This document shows, in pieces, positions 1 to 11,650 of a DNA stretch of 64,000 bases. The stretch comes from Rhodosorus marinus CCMP1338 (taxonomy: Eukaryota; Plantae; Rhodophyta): contig JAMWBK010000012.1 of assembly GCA_029953675.1 (NCBI GenBank), positions 1,091,868 through 1,155,867 of the forward strand, read 5' to 3'. Numbering within the stretch: the stretch's first letter is position 1; the number at the start of each line of letters is the position of its first letter. The translations under genes were made by a program, and so were the position numbers. The notes beneath the pieces are model-generated. The model did no database searches. It was given only the letters and a program-made list of their open reading frames with translations, and was not told the DNA's origin.

Positions 1-73
1 AATGCGCTGCGGTAGGTAGCTGCCGAATAAAGGCTACTTGGTTATATGCGGTTATGTATGTAGTCTGGGGTTA
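1..73 (+). mobile_element. 3' UTR end of an upstream family A retroelement plus degenerate telomeric repeats
   Basis: gcggtaggtagctgccgaataaaggcta matches the A 3' ends at 42270, 50665, 53450 and 61545-61575 (reverse complement); followed by TAGTCTGGGGTTA (61-73). Confidence 0.8.
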
Positions 74-698
74 AAGGAAAAGTTCGTAAGGAAGACAAAA
101 GCAAAAGTTCGTAAGAGAGTCTGAAGATGATTGTGAGGGAGGTACGCGGGCCGTACCCCGAACCTCTTGTCATTCAGGGCCCGGACCCCTCGGGCACCCG
201 GGAAGTTTTGCAAAGGCACCAGCACCAGTCTGATGGCGACGTGCAGGAGGCACAGAAGGAACCACAAGCAGGCGATGTTCAAGCAAGAACGCGGCCCGAG
301 TCTGCAGCCGCAACCGACCCGGCAGCCACATTCTTGCATCAACTGCGTAGCTTCGACAGATGCTACCAGGACCTGGGCATCGCTGCGTCCGAAATGACAG
401 ACTTCTACAAAGCCGTTTTTCAACTGTACTCGAGGGTCAACAGCTCGCAAGAGCTGCAAGGCGTCACCGGACGCCTTACGGAGTTGTCCCGGAAACCGGG
501 TATGTGGGAAGGTGGAGCCGCTACTACGAATTCTGCACCATCTCCGCATGATCTCCCGCGACAGGCCGTAGGCAACCACCTCGGCCCCGAAACCCGTTAC
601 CGTAACGGTCGTCCGCCAGGAAGTTATGACGTCCATGATTTAGGAACCCGGCTCCCTGCGCCCCAGGGAGGGACAGGTGTCCAGGATCTAGGACACTA

Positions 699-904
699 TG
701 TTAGAACTTGCCCTGACAGCTGTGTAATCTGTGTAAGACACTCCCTACTTTAGTGTAAGACGCTAGTGTGAACTATTCAACAGTTTCTACTTTACTGTCA
801 GGTACGTCTTAGTTTACAGTAGCCAAGACTACATAAGACCTAGCTTTGCTAGATCTTGAAACCTAGAATTAAGTAAAGACAAGTTGGTTAGAAGAGTTCT
901 AACA
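699..904 (+). repeat. 5' LTR (206 bp)
   Basis: TGTTAGAAC...GTTCTAACA terminal inverted repeat; direct repeat of 5123-5351. Confidence 0.97.
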
Positions 905-905
905 G

Positions 906-917
906 TGGTCTCATCGC
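906..917 (+). promoter_or_regulatory. Primer-binding-site-like sequence TGGTCTCATCGC
   Basis: TGG starts 1 nt after the 5' LTR; the cognate tRNA was not identified. Confidence 0.65.
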
Positions 918-993
918 TCAAAGGTTTAAGAGGATACGAACGGAGGGAGGGGCGATCTAGCGGAAGCAGGAGGACTCGAGTAGCCAACTTCAA

Positions 994-1724
994 ATGACTA
1001 CGTTTACTATACCCCCGCCCGAGGCTTACGACGGCAAGCGGGATTTCGTCAGGCTTCAGACGTTCATGGCCTCACTGCGTGGCTACCTGAACTTCCATCA
1101 GGTAGCAGACTCCGGCCGCCAGTCAGTCCAGTACGCGGGACTGTTTTTGAAGGCCCAGGCCCAGGTATGGTACCAGGGTCTTCGGCAGGCGGCGGATGGC
1201 CTCCCGGAGGCACTGGAGTCTCTCGAAGACTTCGGACAGGCCCTGCGAGGACAGTTCGAACCTCACGACCATATCGAGCGAGTCCGGGCCAAACTGCGTA
1301 GCGCTCGACAACGCGGCCCTGATGTCACCCGTTATGTCGACTATCTCGATGAACTTTTCATGCAGTTGGGCGAGTTCATCAGCGACTCTGAAAAGCTTGA
1401 GCATTTTAAGGCGGGCTTGACTGGTCGTGAGCGAGACTTCGTCTACTATGGTCGACCCAAGACCTATGAGAAGCGAAAGCCATCGCATTAAGCCTGGCGG
1501 GTGCCCACGAGATGCCGAAGGAAACGACGAAGGGATCCTCGGATCCACCAAGAAGCAAACCCCGCACAACGTCACCGCGTCGACCACACACTCGAAGCAT
1601 GGGAGCGCCGCCAACCTGCTACCTGTGTCGAGAGATAGGACACGTTAAACGAGACTGCCCCCAACGACTGGCATATTTGCAGGCGGAGGTGGCACGCTTG
1701 TCGAGCCTGCAGGAGGAAAACTGA
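994..1724 (+). pseudogene. gag: Gag (retrotransposon gag domain plus CCHC zinc knuckle), 1-bp frameshift near 1472
   Basis: PPEAYDGKRD and FKAGL gag motifs in 994..1491; CYLCREIGHVKRDC in 1512..1724. Confidence 0.9.
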
Positions 1725-1741
1725 CGGACTCCGGACGAGGG

Positions 1742-4700
1742 ATGCCGTCCGAGAGTCCAACGACCAGCATCCCAACCGTTAGGTTACAGCAACGGGGTAA
1801 TGCAAGCCTAACTGCAATAGGCGTGGTGGCGGCGGAACCGGTGGAATGTCTCATCGACACCGGTGCGGTGACGCCAATTAGAGAGGACGTTGCGAAAGCC
1901 GCCAACCTACCTAGGTACGACGAACCACGGACATACGGGTTGGCTGTCGGTGAGGAGACCGTGATCAGCCCCGGAGTGACGGAGACAACGATCACACTCC
2001 AGGGACGACAATTCAAGACGAAGCTGCGAATATTCAAGCATCTAAGCCATGATGTATACTTAGGTCTCGACTTCTTGAGGCAACATCGAATAACTATCGA
2101 TTGTAGTGCGGAGCCCCCACAGCTGGTACTGGGAGCGGAAGACACCAGCATGCGTGGGATAACAAGTATGGAAACTGAAGAAGAAATAGGGGAGAGGGCG
2201 GGCGCGGTCATCCTGAAAGAGGAAGGCCTAGAGAAAGGCGGAAAGGACCAGGTTGCCGAGGCAGGAAAGAGGTTTGGTGCGGTCATCCGGAAAGAGTTTC
2301 CCCAAGTTTTCCAAGATACATTGCCGTTGCCACCGAAGAACCGGCAACGATATGCACTCAAAATCGAATTGGAACCAGGGGCGAGTACACCAGCTCAACG
2401 CGCATATTCGATGTCACGGGTCGACCGAGAGCGGCTACAAGGAGAATTGCACGACTTGGAAGAGCAAGGATTTATCTCACGGAGCAGAAGTCCGTATGCT
2501 GCACCTGTGTTGTACGTGGACAAAAAAGACGGTGGGCGACGCCTCTGCATCGACTATCGCCGTTTGAACCAGATCACCGTGCGAGAAAGAACGACCCCGC
2601 CTAGAGTGGAGGAGCTATTGGATACCCTGAGCAGCGCTCGGGTTTTCACAACGTTAGACCTTCGCTCGGGATATTGGCAGTTGCCAATTGAACAGGCATC
2701 ACGCGAGAAGACGGCCTTTGTCACGTGCTTCGGACAGTACCAATGGAATGTCATGCCGTTTGGGTTGAAGAATGCGCCCTCGGCATTCATCCGCTACCTG
2801 ACGGACGTATTATATGATCTTCTCAACCAGTGCGTGGTGTTGTACGTTGATGACATTCTGGTATATTCCCCAGATGACATACAACACCAGGACGATGTTC
2901 GAAAGGTGCTACGACGCCTCGAGCAGCATCAGTTGATCGTCAAATACTCGAAGTGCGGTTTTGGATTACGCCAAGTTTGCTACCTAGGCCAAATCTTGGC
3001 GGGAGGCACTCGACGTCCCGATCCGGAGAAGGTCAAAGCAATTCAGAATTGGAGGACGCCAACTACGGTTAAGGAGCTACGGGCCTTCATGGGTTTCGCA
3101 AACTTCTTGCGCCCCTTTGTACCACACTTCGCCCAAGTGGCGGCGCCCCTCCACAGGCTAACGAAGAAGGACCAGAAGTGGGGTTGGCACGCGGACGAAC
3201 AACAAGCCTTTGATGGGTTAAAATCCGCCATATCAGCAACCACCATGCTGTACATGGTTGATCCGATCCTCCCCTTCATCGTGCAAACGGACGCGAGCGA
3301 CACCGGGGTGGGTGCTATCCTATTCCAGACCCGCCAGGATCAGGAGGTGCCCGTGGCGTATATGTCCCGATCCTTCAATAGTACCGAGAAACGCTACACA
3401 ACGTACGAGAAAGAACTCTACGCCATCGTCCTGGCCATCTGCAGGTGGTCCGTGTATCTTGATGGGCAACAGTTCACTGTGCGTACGGACCATAACCCGC
3501 TACGCTTCTTGCAAACACAGACGACATTAACTCGTCGGCAGGCGCGGTACGTGAATATATTACTACCCTACTCCTTTGAGGTTCAATACGTACGCGGCGA
3601 GATAAACGTCGCGGATGCACTGAGTCGCGACGCACTACGAGCCACCCGCGTCACGATGGAAGCCGATTGGACTCCAGAGTACCAAGCCGATCCAGAATTC
3701 TGCACGCAATTTCGAAGCCCGGACCAGTTTGAGGGTTTCCAACGAAGAAAGGGTCTATTATTCCTCCATGCACGACTTTGCGTACCCGAACACCGTGTTA
3801 ATCAGGTCATCGATGGGCACCACCAGTCTCTAACGGCAGGCAATTTCGGCGCACAAGCTACTTACCGTGTTGTGCGACGACGCTATTACTGGCCTAGCAT
3901 GAGGAAAGACATTTTCACGCGCGTACAACAATGCGAGATATGCGCCCGTGAACAACCACTTCGGCGCAACCAGGGCGAGCTGCAACCGCTCGCAATTCCG
4001 GAGAATCGCGCGGTCGACTGGACTATGGACTTCATAATAGGCTTTCCCAGTATCGCGGGTAACGACGCTATACTAGTTGTGGTCGATCGACTCACGAAGG
4101 ACGCCGTATTTATCCCGACGACGAAAATGGTAACCGCGGAAGGAGTGGCAACACTTATCCTGCAACATATCGTCGCCTGGTTCGGATTGCCACGGAGTTT
4201 TGTCACAGACCGCGATCCAGTCTTCACGGCAGCTTTTTGGCGCCACCTAATGCAATTACTGGGCATTCAACAACTATTGTCCACGGCATACCATCCTGAA
4301 ACGGACGGTCAGACGGAGCGCGTGAATCAGACACTTCAAATCATGCTGAGATGCTGCTGTACAAATCGCACGTGGGTGCAGAGCCTCCCGCTACTTCAGC
4401 TGGCGTATAATAATCATCCCTCAGCCAGCACGGGGTATTCACCATATTTCCTGTTAACAGGGGGGCACCCGCGGCTCCACTTGGATGTCTCACTACCTAC
4501 CACGCAAATTGAGAACCTCCCCGATGCCGCTACTGCATTCTCCCAACGACAACAGCGAATTCTTGCAGATGCACGCAAATCACTGACCCTGGCACAAGAG
4601 TTATCTGCGGCATCCGCTAATACTCACCGTCATGCGAAGGTGTTCGACGTCGGCGATTACGTTTATTTGTCAACGAAGAATCTCTAACTGGAGGGCCCAA

Positions 4701-5095
4701 CCCGCTTCAAACCTCGATGGTTGGGCCCGTTTCCCGTTATCGAGAAACAATCTGACGTGGCATACACTCTGCAGTTACCGGATGAGATGCGCATACATTC
4801 GACATTTCACGTTTCCTTGCTAAAAGGTGCCCCTACGTGTCCTCCGAATTCTCCGATGCGGAGTATCCCTCTCCAATCGGATCTCTATTCAACGCTACCG
4901 ATCCTGTCGGTATTGGGGGTCCGCCATGCGGCTAACGGGATCCGACAGTTCCTATGTTATCGCGAAAACGAATCCTGGACTGATGCGACTTGGATACCCG
5001 AGCCGGACTACCCGACCGATCTACAATCTCGACGACGCTTACGACACTACCTCAATTATCGCAAGGTGCTTGACGCGCTACCTTCAACTTCTTGA
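1742..5095 (+). pseudogene. pol: Pol (protease, RT, RNase H, integrase, GPF motif, chromodomain); in-frame TAA at 4685-4687
   Basis: LIDTGA, LDLRSGYWQ, MPFGLKNAP, YVDD, TDAS, HHCC, WTMDF, TDRD, HPETDGQTERVNQ; ORF 4721..5095 is in the same frame (WLGPF, ATWIPE). Confidence 0.95.
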
Positions 5096-5114
5096 GTTTG
5101 CCCCCAAACTCTGC

Positions 5115-5122
5115 GGGAGGAA
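5115..5122 (+). promoter_or_regulatory. Polypurine tract GGGAGGAA
   Basis: Purine run abutting the 3' LTR. Confidence 0.7.
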
Positions 5123-5351
5123 TGTTAGAACTTGCCCTGACAGCTGTGTAATCTGTGTAAGACACTCCCTACTTTAGTGTAAGACACTCCCTACTTTAGT
5201 GTAAGACACTAGTGTGATAGTATCCAACAGTTTCTACTTTACTGTCAGGTACGTCTTAGTTTACAGTAACCAAGACTATATAAGACCTAGCTTTGCTAGA
5301 TCTTGAAACCTAGAATTAAGTAAAGACAAGTTGGTTAGAAGAGTTCTAACA
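5123..5351 (+). repeat. 3' LTR (229 bp, with an extra 22-bp tandem unit)
   Basis: Direct repeat of 699-904 with TGTAAGACACTCCCTACTTTAG duplicated. Confidence 0.97.
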
Positions 5352-6407
5352 CACTATGCGGAGGCATTCCCAGCCATCGGGGCGGGCCCTACAAGGCCAA
5401 CCTTCGCCGAGTTTGCAGCTCAGAAAGAACCAGGGAGAGGAGGAGATGCTCGTTCCAGAAATTCTGGACGCCCCGGACCCCAGACCCAGCAGGCTGCCCT
5501 GCGGCAACTGCACGCTACGGTCGGGGGGTCTGGCTGGGGACCCGATGTTGCTCCAATCCTCGCGACGCTACGGAATGTCCGACCCCCAAGGCTGGATGAG
5601 GTGGCCCTTGCGGACCTTGCAACGGTTCTTTGCAGAGCACTGGGTATGCCCAGCTCTTATGTGGTGCATGTGGACTTTATTGCCTCCCATGCCTGCCTGC
5701 TGTGCCATCCAGACGCAATTCCGATTCTCCAAAGTGCCATCTCCCGAGGAGTTTTCCATACTGGGATTTTCGGATCCTTCACACAAGGACACGCCGATCG
5801 ACAAGTAACTCTTTACACTGGCGCTGGACCCAGACAACCTTCTGGGTTACCTCGAACGTCAGACCATCGCTCCCGGGGATATCGCTGCCCACACGCTGAA
5901 GCGGGCTATCGAGCAGCTTGTCCGCATTCGTTCGAGGAGCCGCAGGCGACAACTCTCCTTCCACACTCTCGCAGCGCTCTACGAGTATCTGGAGGCACGA
6001 CTAGAGCTCCTAAAAGGCAGACAACATCCGCCTGAGGTACCCGGGGAGTGCGCGGAACCCCCTGGGCCTGCAGCCGCTTCGAACGCAGACCCTGCAGCCT
6101 CGTCCCTTCCAGGGGATGTACAGGCAGACCGTGGGACAGTTGACGCCCCGGTTGAGACCAGCGCGACTTCCCAAGTACCTGAGAACGCAGCGCACGAGGA
6201 CAATCCCCACGCGGAGCTCCTCTGCAACCTTCCGGAGCCACCTCAACAGAAGCGCTTGCGAGTATCCGCCGATAGAACCGGACCGGATACTGAGATGACT
6301 CCGGCAGCCGTGGAGACTCCACCGGATACCACTGTGACACAGGTTGCCCTTGACGGCAACCATCACGCGATGGACACGCAGGAGAGCCAGGAAAACCCAG
6401 CGCAATA

Positions 6408-8538
6408 ATGCCGAGCAGACGTAGGGGAATCAAACGACGCCGCGACGAGCCTCTGTTCTTGTCGGATCGTCAAGACTGGATTAGACGGTGGAGCGCCTTC
6501 GTCGACGACGTCACCGAAGGAGGCAGGCAGTGGACGCGCCTCACACACTGCCCGGTTCCCACACGGCGATTTTGTGCCACGCTGCCAGGTCCACACATGG
6601 AGCTGCCTCTTCCGTGCTGCATTAGAGCTCTCTATGGACAGCACCGGACCAACAAACGCCAGCCTGGTTCTTGTCGGACTTCCAGGCCTTGTCCTTGGAC
6701 ACTCTGCACTTGATGTTGGCATTCAGGTATCGCACGTACTTGAAGGAGAATCCTCTACGGTCTGGAGCGCTCTAGAGGACAAGGCGTCTATGCTGTCGCA
6801 TACTACCGCACCGCGAGGAGCTGGAGCGGTTCGACGCAAACATCTCGGGCGCGTTGAAACTAGCACACCTTGGCCGCCTTTCAGATGCAGCTCGGAGCCT
6901 ACAGGCCACCGAAATGGCACCTTTTACGGCGGCTACGTGGAGAAAGCTACAAGCGCTCTTTCCAGACCCGGCAGAAGGTGACTTACCAGACGAGATTGCA
7001 AAAGCCCTGCAATCTTTGCTCGCTCTGAATACCGAAACACTTAAGCGGCGGTGGGATTCAAGAAAAGCGGCCGACGAGGGCTTCATGTCCATCGTGGCAC
7101 GTCTTCCTCAGGGCAAGAGTCCAGGTCCTAGCGGTCTCCGAGCGGAACACCTCCAAGGTGCAACTCAACAGACGCAAGTGGCGTTGATTCGTGTATTGCG
7201 ACAACTGGCGACCGCTCCGGAGAAATTTTCCCCGGCTCTGATCCGTGCCCTTCGCAGCAGTCGACTCCTGCCGTTCTCGAAGCCTAACAAGGGTACAGTG
7301 CCGCAGGAACATCCCGGAGTTCGCCCTATTGGAGTACCAGAAGTTTTGCGCAAGGTAGCAACGCAATGGACTCTTCACGCGGTTATGGACAGGGTGCGTG
7401 AGCTCCTGGTCCCCTTACAACTGGGTATTGGAGTAAGTGGCGGGTGCGAACGCTCACTTCACGCGATCCAGGCCCATTTGTCATGCGAACCCGATTCGGT
7501 GATCCTTCGGCTAGACCTGGAGAATGCCTTTAATCGCATCGACCGACGCCTTGCCAAGCAACTGCTGGACGAGCACTTCCCGGAGCTTGCACCAGTGTAT
7601 AGACTTGCGTCGGTGAGTCCGCGTTGCGCTATGGAAGCAACAACGCGGACTCACCGACGCTCTGTGGCTGGCGATCCTCCCCTGGACAGAACGAAACCGA
7701 CACCTCTCGCCTGACTCTCCAAGCAGCTACAGGAGTCCAACAGGGAGATCCACTGGGGCCGGTGCTACATGCACTATCCCTGGCGCCCTTTCTAAGAGCG
7801 TTGCGAGCCAAGTTCCCCAACGAAACGATTGTTGCTATCCACGACGATATCACGATTGTCGGGTCGCTACAAGCCTTGAAGGCATCCCTGGCATGGGCAA
7901 AAACTGTGCTCCCCTCTCTTGGAGCACGCCTGCAACTCGGCAAGTGCACTGTGTACGGGCGAACACTGACTACCACGCGAGTGGTCAACCATGAAATTCC
8001 CGGAGTCCAAGTGACCAGAGACGGAGTCACCATCCACTCGATACCGATAGGCAGCCGAGAATATATCGAACAGGAGTGCCGGGGGTTGCAAAATAAGCAT
8101 GAGAAACTCTTTGAGGAAATTGCCAAGCTCCCACAACCGGAGCTTACGACGCAAATTGCCCTCTTCAGGTTCTGTGCGGAAACGCGGCTAGACTATATTC
8201 TACGATGCCTCGCATACGAGTTTGGAAGAACTCTTGCACGCGAGGCCGACGTGATGACCAGATATCATCTGGAAATTCTATTCGGAGGCCTCGCTACGAC
8301 AGCTGTAGAGGACGATGAGTACGCAGAGCTGATCTCGGACCAAATCGCTCTGCCCTGCCGCTGGGGAGGGTTGGGTTTCGCTACTCGAAAGCGCGTCCAA
8401 CCCATCGCGTTTTACTCGTCATGGAGAAACACCTTCCGGAACAATGAAGATGAATGGCCATACCTGACTGAACTAGAGCGGGAGGTTTCGGCAGAACGCT
8501 CACCAGACACATACGAGCCGATGGAGCAACGATGGTAA
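6408..8538 (+). pseudogene. Family A ORF2 (RT), frameshifted, lacking zinc knuckle and RLE in this copy
   Basis: Pieces 6408..6713, 6574..6981, 6854..7714 and 7624..8538 carry successive RT motifs; the N-terminal PLFLSDRQDW resembles family B PLFTSDRSAW. Confidence 0.9.
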
Positions 8539-8539
8539 A

Positions 8540-8850
8540 CCACCAGATACTCGGCAGGATGGTTAGTAAAACCGTTTTGAAGCCCTACAAGCTTGGATTT
8601 TCGAGGTGCTCTCAAAGCTAGACTTAAACCTACGTGTGGCGTAATGCGAACTAGCTACGGGGAAACTAAAGCGTACAAACCAAGGCACTGGGAGCGAGTC
8701 TTGGCTAGCATGCAGCTCGAATATCGCCATAAAGCGACACTTACCCGGCATAGCAATACTAGATACTGGGCAGGGTGGTCAGTAAAACATTTTCGATGCC
8801 CTACAAGCTTGAATTTTGTAGATGCTGTCAACTGCGCCTGAGAGCTATGC
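8540..8850 (-). mobile_element. Degenerate family C-like 3' fragments
   Basis: CFTDHPAQYLVLLCRVSVALWRYSS matches the C terminus of family C ORF2. Confidence 0.6.
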
Positions 8851-9884
8851 GAGTGGACTTGAAGAGCGCTTCGATTCACCAAAAAGAGGAAAAGCTCGAT
8901 GGCCAGTGGTAGACAACGATACGAAACAACCCAAGTGAGAACCACTGCGGTATTGAAACAAGGCATACCGGCAGATAAATTCCTCTTCATATGGCTGACT
9001 GGACTGAGCACGACTGGATTGAGCACTACCGGGTTGACGGTGCGCCGATAGGCCGGCGCACCATGCAAAAACTGGTCACAAGCAGGGGAGCTTGAGTTGA
9101 TTCTACATAGGTGCACCGCCTGTGTATCGTCAAAGAAACATTTTTCAAAATTTTTAATTCTATCTACATTGGTAGTTTTTCTAACGTAGCCTTCAGTGGA
9201 TATATAGACCAAACACTAGGCGGGCCGCCGTTCATTTCAACATCCATCGTCATCGAACCCTGTTTACATGAAGACGAAGAACACGGCATCGTAGTGCTCG
9301 ACTAGTAAGTCCACAACAAGCTGGCTTGATGCCGTTCTGCAAGCTTTTGTTTTTTTTGCTCATCCCCTGCGAAAGCCAAACACACTGCTGCGTACAATTG
9401 CTCAAGTGAATGGTGCCTGTGATCGTGATCATCTACGTGTTTGTCCAACTCATTCATCTCATCTTTCTTCCCGTAAAGAACCATACTTCTTAATCTGTTT
9501 CTCGCGTCAAACTTACTTCTCTTCTGTTCCTTCTTCTACTTCATACCATAAGCATCGGCCCCGACCATCCACCTACCCAATCTACCATCATCTTTATACA
9601 GCAACATGGACAGTGCAGTTCACCAACTACTGGAATAGAAACTTCCTGAATGTTGGAGGAAGTTCATCATGTGAATCAGTCGCAACCCGATGTAAGAGTG
9701 GCGACAAAGAGTCCCAACTGTAGAACTTCTAGAAGCCGCTTTCGGACTCTCTGGTATGATTCCTCCTTTCTGTTTGAGTCTCTAAGAATAGATTTTTCGT
9801 ACACTCGCCATGAGCGGTGGTAAATACATATGAAAAAAGTTGGTAACCGACAACAATTTAGAGCTTCTACACAGGCCATCTAAC

Positions 9885-10170
9885 CGTTTCCATCCGCAAA
9901 TTCTTCACAGGTTCCAGCCTTTCATTGTGGAATGCTTTGGGCATCTGGAAAAACTAAGCTTGGAGTGGCTGCGCAACTGTTTCACCGAACATCCTGAAGC
10001 ATATCTGGTGCTCTTCCACCGTTTGAGTGTCGCTCTCTGGCGGTAATCTAACAGCATGCTCGCCGAGGAGGGGCACCGCCGACTGGCTTGCATGTTCTTG
10101 CCCCTAGTCCCTAGTTTTCTTTTACATCCTGCTTAGCGCATCAGGCTATATTAGTAAAACCACCATCAGC
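9885..10170 (+). mobile_element. 5'-truncated family C-like 3' end
   Basis: FQPFIVECFGHLEK...WLRNCFTEHPEAYL; ends gcatcaggctatattagtaaaaccacc. Confidence 0.75.
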
Positions 10171-11539
10171 TCATCATGAGAATCAGTCGCAAACTGATTA
10201 CGTCAATAGACCAAAACTGTAGAACCTCCAGAAGCGCTTTCCGACTCTCTAGAACTCCGTTGTTTGAGTCCCTAGGAACGGATTTTTCGTACATTCGTTT
10301 ATGAGTACAGATGAAAAAAAAAAAGGTTGGCGCAACCGACAACAATGTAGACCTTCTACGCAGGCCATCTAACTGTTTCCAACTCAAACTTAAACTTAGT
10401 AAAACCATCCAGTTAAGCTTAGGATTTGGTATTCAATTATCTCAATTTGTAACCCACAACAATCTAGACCTTCTCCTCTTCCATCGAACTGTCTCCAACA
10501 CGAGGTATCTTAACGTCTCACTGTCAGGGCCCGGGACGGGGAGGGAAGGGGAGAAAGAAGACAGTTAGTTGTTCGAAAAGATAATATCGCCCATACACCT
10601 TCCCATCCCATTAGGAGATAGCATCTAGGCCACAGATATTGAACTGTCCTCCCCTCTATGAATTTCAGGCGGAAGCGGAGGAGGAGTTCGTTCCTTGAAA
10701 AGAATATGCAACTTGCATGTGGAGACCGGTATGGAATCAAGAGGAAATTGGCAGGTGCTATGTCGGGTTGGGTCAAGTCGGGCGGGTTATGTAATATACC
10801 CCACGCGTAGGTGAGAACAGCTGAAAACAGAGAAGTTTTCGAGGGTTTGGTGGGAAACATAGTGTGGGGAATATAGAGGATAATAGGCGATCCCAGTTCG
10901 TTCGTCACAGGAATCATTTCGCTAGGGGGGAGTAAATTTTGATGGCTATGCCTGGATGGCGCGCGAAACTTGCATATGTCCGCCTGCTTCATGTGGGGAA
11001 TTAAGGAGCAATAAAAGTTTGTTTCTTAGTCTAATTCGAAAAGAGGCTGTTTTCGAGGATTCCTATTTTTAGACTTTGGTTTTTTTTGAGGTCTACGGGG
11101 CGGGGTTACAAGCCATCTTCAATCAGGTGGGGGAGGACGTTTTGGGTGTTGGAAAGCGGTTTTTCAGCTGAAGGGGATATTCTGGAATGCAGTGAAATAA
11201 TAAGCAAAACAGCTCATGAAAGCATTGAGCAAGAGAAGAGACTTAGTAAAGTAGCATAACCATTCATGTTGCTTATAGCCACTACGAGGTAGCTATTAAG
11301 GAAATTCATTCATTATCGGTGTAACTAGTTTGAATACACGTATTAATTAGAACTGGCATCTCAAATATTATGTTTTACAAAAACATCTTTTCTCTCTTAC
11401 CCAATCAATAAACTTAAAATTATGTGTTAGCCAATCATTGAATTCTCGATTATTTCAATCCGGTCCTAACCAAGGAGGGTTTTATTTTTCCCGTGGCCCG
11501 CTCGATTCAGCGCAGATTCTTGGTATCCAGGGAATTCGC

Positions 11540-11650
11540 TTTCCGCAGTGCTTGAAAGAAAAACAACCTCGAGGGGAAAAACAAGACTACGCGCGGCGAA
11601 GATCGCGCGTCTCCAAGAAACTCAAACGGGTAAACAAACCGTAGGGCGGG
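11540..11650 (-). mobile_element. Degenerate family B-like 3' end
   Basis: aacctcgaggggaaaaacaagactacgcgcggcgaag resembles the B 3' UTR. Confidence 0.6.

Larger units (their letters stand above)
699..5351 (+). mobile_element. Ty3/gypsy chromovirus-like LTR retrotransposon, complete structure with two coding lesions
   Basis: TG...CA LTRs at 699-904 and 5123-5351, TSD CACTA (694-698, 5352-5356), gag then PR-RT-RH-IN order, GPF motif and chromodomain-like end. Confidence 0.97.
127..6408 (+). pseudogene. Family A ORF1 (127-698 joined to 5357-6408), about 540 aa, one frameshift near 5825
   Basis: GH-Y-AEAFP is continuous across the insertion (compare HYAEAFP at ~49270); hand translation of frame 1 from ~5826 is open to TAA at 6406-6408 and matches ORF 49256..50017. 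Confidence 0.75.
74..8535 (+). mobile_element. Family A RLE-type non-LTR retrotransposon, interrupted by a gypsy element and 3'-truncated
   Basis: ORF1 followed by ORF2 with PGPSGLR, RPIGV, LDLENAFN, GVQQGDPLGP and IHDD RT motifs; starts right after GGGGTTA; ORF1 reading frame rejoins across the gypsy TSD. Confidence 0.9.

Noticed and set aside
694-698. CACTA sequences suggesting a CACTA/En-Spm transposon
   Set aside because: They are direct repeats flanking LTRs (the 5-bp TSD), not terminal inverted repeats, and there is no transposase
4685-4690. Programmed stop-codon readthrough before the chromodomain
   Set aside because: A single CAA or AAA to TAA mutation is simpler, and the same copy has another lesion in gag; needs other copies to reconsider
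8655-9484. ORFs 8655..9212 and 9302..9484 as host genes
   Set aside because: Fused to retroelement debris, no recognisable domain or clear start; left unannotated
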